A stretch of 64,000 nt of DNA from Camelus dromedarius. Taxonomy: Eukaryota. Positions 61,801 to 64,000 of the stretch are shown here, in pieces (the first letter of the stretch is position 1; each line of letters starts with the position of its first letter). The position numbers and the translations under genes were made by a program. Below the pieces are notes generated by a model, which made no database searches, had not been told where the DNA came from, and saw nothing but the letters and a program-made list of their open reading frames with translations. The stretch spans positions 47,804,001-47,868,000 of the forward strand of contig NC_087437.1 of NCBI RefSeq assembly GCF_036321535.1, in the 5' to 3' direction.

Positions 61801-64000
61801 CAGCTTGTGGCCCCATGGTTAACATGTTTTTTCACTGTGCTCACACCAGGCTTGTCTACACCTGAGTGGAGGACAGGTCTCACATGTGCATGGAAATGGT
61901 GGTGGGCATGAGGAGGGATGGTATCAGATTGGCCTGAAAGGCAACCTGCCTGCCCAACTCTGTGAGTAACTTACGAGTCAGCCTCCTAGAAGGACTGTGT
62001 TGAGTATTACACATCATGAAACCCAAAAAGGTGAATGGGGATCTCAGATTTCCTCTTAAGTGGAATAACAGCTTACCTCATCTTGATGGTAAGAGCTGTG
62101 CAAGGAGTTTGCTCATTCCAATGTGAACCTGCCTTCTAGTTAGGCAGATTGTCTATAAATGTAACAGTAGAAACTTGCTGGGTTTTATGGAGGGTAAAGG
62201 GGACAAGCAGGTAAGAAAGAGGGTAGGTGGAAGAGAGGATTGACGTAATCAGTGGTAACGCAAAGTTAGCATTTCCCTTATTTATAAAAAGAAATGGATA
62301 CTCCATGAAAAGCACTAAGATAACACAGAAAAACACAAAGAAAAAAATATTTTTTTCAGCTAGAGATAACCGCCATTAACATACAGCTTATTCCAATCTA
62401 ATGTTTTCTCTGTGCTATTTCTATGTGTGTGTGTATTTAGATGGGATGATAGTATATATGCTCATTTATCATCTGTTCTTGAAATCTGCATTATAGTGAT
62501 TGTTTTTGCATGTCAATGAATATTCTTATACCACATGGTTATGTAGAATTTCCTCAAACAGAAAATGCCTTAAATTTCTTAATCAGTGACCTATTGTTTT
62601 ATATTTAGTAACCAGTGCTTCTTGCAGAGGCTACCTGCCAGCATAGAAAATTGTATGGCTGTCTCCATAACTAGCTGTCACCATTTATGGCTTTACCAGA
62701 TCACTGCACATAATTAGAGGACATCTGAGGTCAAGAGCTATTCCGTTAATTGGAATAATTAAGGTATCTTTTTTTTCCTCTATAGATTTCCCCAATTTCC
62801 CTTTTGGCACTAGTCACAGTAACTAATATTCATGTCATGTCTTAATGTGACCTTTGTCAGTTCTAGGAACATTAATACAGCAATGAATTTTACCTAAAAG
62901 GCACAAAGCTGACTGCAAAACATATCTGTTACAATGTCACAGATGTGAGTCATTCGTTTGGTAGGTACTTGCTGAGTGCCTAAAATAAACAGTGCACTCC
63001 ATTCTGGCCAGCAATATTCCATAAACACTGAGCTTCCACAATGTGCAAGGATATGAAGTAGAACTTCTTTCAGAGGGTTTGCTTTCTATATAGAGGGGCA
63101 AGATATGGAACTCAGACTAATTAAATAAGAGCACAAAAGATGTTATAAGGCAGTATCTAATGAGAGGTACAGGCAATAGGGGCTGTCATTTTTTAAAGAT
63201 CCCTGAGGGTTGGAGCAGTCAGAAAAGGCTTCACGGACAAAGTCTTGAAAGGACTGGGAAGGTAGAAATGAGAGGGAGAGAGCTTTCACCTAAGGCTAGG
63301 AAAAAGTACATTTATCTTTGGGGGACAGTGGACCAAGCTCACCAGAAGTGTAGGAATGAGAGTAAAGTCTGCAAGGAAGGAGAGCTTGACAGAGAGGTCC
63401 CTCAATGCCAGGCCATGGGAGTCTGGGCTTCACCCTGAACATCATGGGAAGAGGCTTGTGAGCTGTAGTGTGACTTGGTGGCCTAATCACCTCGATGTAC
63501 AAAAGTCAGTTTTTAGTCTTAGGTCCTCTGATATCTCTTCAGTAAGACTTTGAATTTATGTTGGAAGTTAAAATTGTTTACCTATTGTTTACTTATCATC
63601 ACTTTATTCCTGCTCTTTGATCAAGCTCCACATGCAGAAACTGACCCAAGAGTAAAACAGTCCAGTTATAAATTCATATGTAGACTTTGCAAAAGTAATT
63701 GAACTAGAATTTTGTCCTAAAACAGCATGATTAAGACATTGTCTTAATTCAGTGATGTTTCTCTTATTAGCTTTTTTGTCTTGATAAATTTTTATATTAT
63801 AATACAAATGTAACATCATTGAAGACATTTTGAAAATAGAAACACAATCCTATAACCGAATCCTAAACATAACTGTTTAAATTTTACATCTTTCCAGTCT
63901 TGTCAAAATGCATATTTATTTTTACCCAGTTGCAATAATATTGTACAAGTATTGTAAATACGTTGAACTAAATACTACAAATGTATTAAAACATTTTTCT

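Overview
Mammalian genomic DNA carrying the ACTL6A - MRPL47 - NDUFB5 gene cluster. It is most likely from a camelid, inferred from tRNA-derived Vic-1-like SINEs and artiodactyl-type L1 3' ends. ACTL6A (+ strand) has exon 1 upstream of the window, with exons 2-14 at 2365-19575 and one U12-type intron. MRPL47 (- strand) has 7 coding exons at 39809-20412 (250 aa). NDUFB5 (+ strand) has 6 coding exons at 40007-53307 (189 aa). MRPL47 and NDUFB5 are head-to-head with 197 bp between their start codons, and ACTL6A and MRPL47 end tail-to-tail. All three spliced frames are intact. The rest is intronic or intergenic and rich in transposon remnants (L1, L2, MIR, MER21, MLT1, hAT/Tigger, an ancient ERV-L). 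Most ORFs in the supplied track are spurious. I found no new protein-coding system. The most unusual structures are a ~270 bp, ~97% identical inverted duplication in MRPL47 intron 4, a ~100 bp inverted local copy that brackets MRPL47 exon 4, a tailless 5'-half tRNA-Gly(GCC) retrocopy with a perfect 17 bp target-site duplication (TSD), and an 89 bp tandem duplication at the ACTL6A exon 2 acceptor. Gene and repeat-family names come from recalled sequences, not database searches, and repeat boundaries are approximate.
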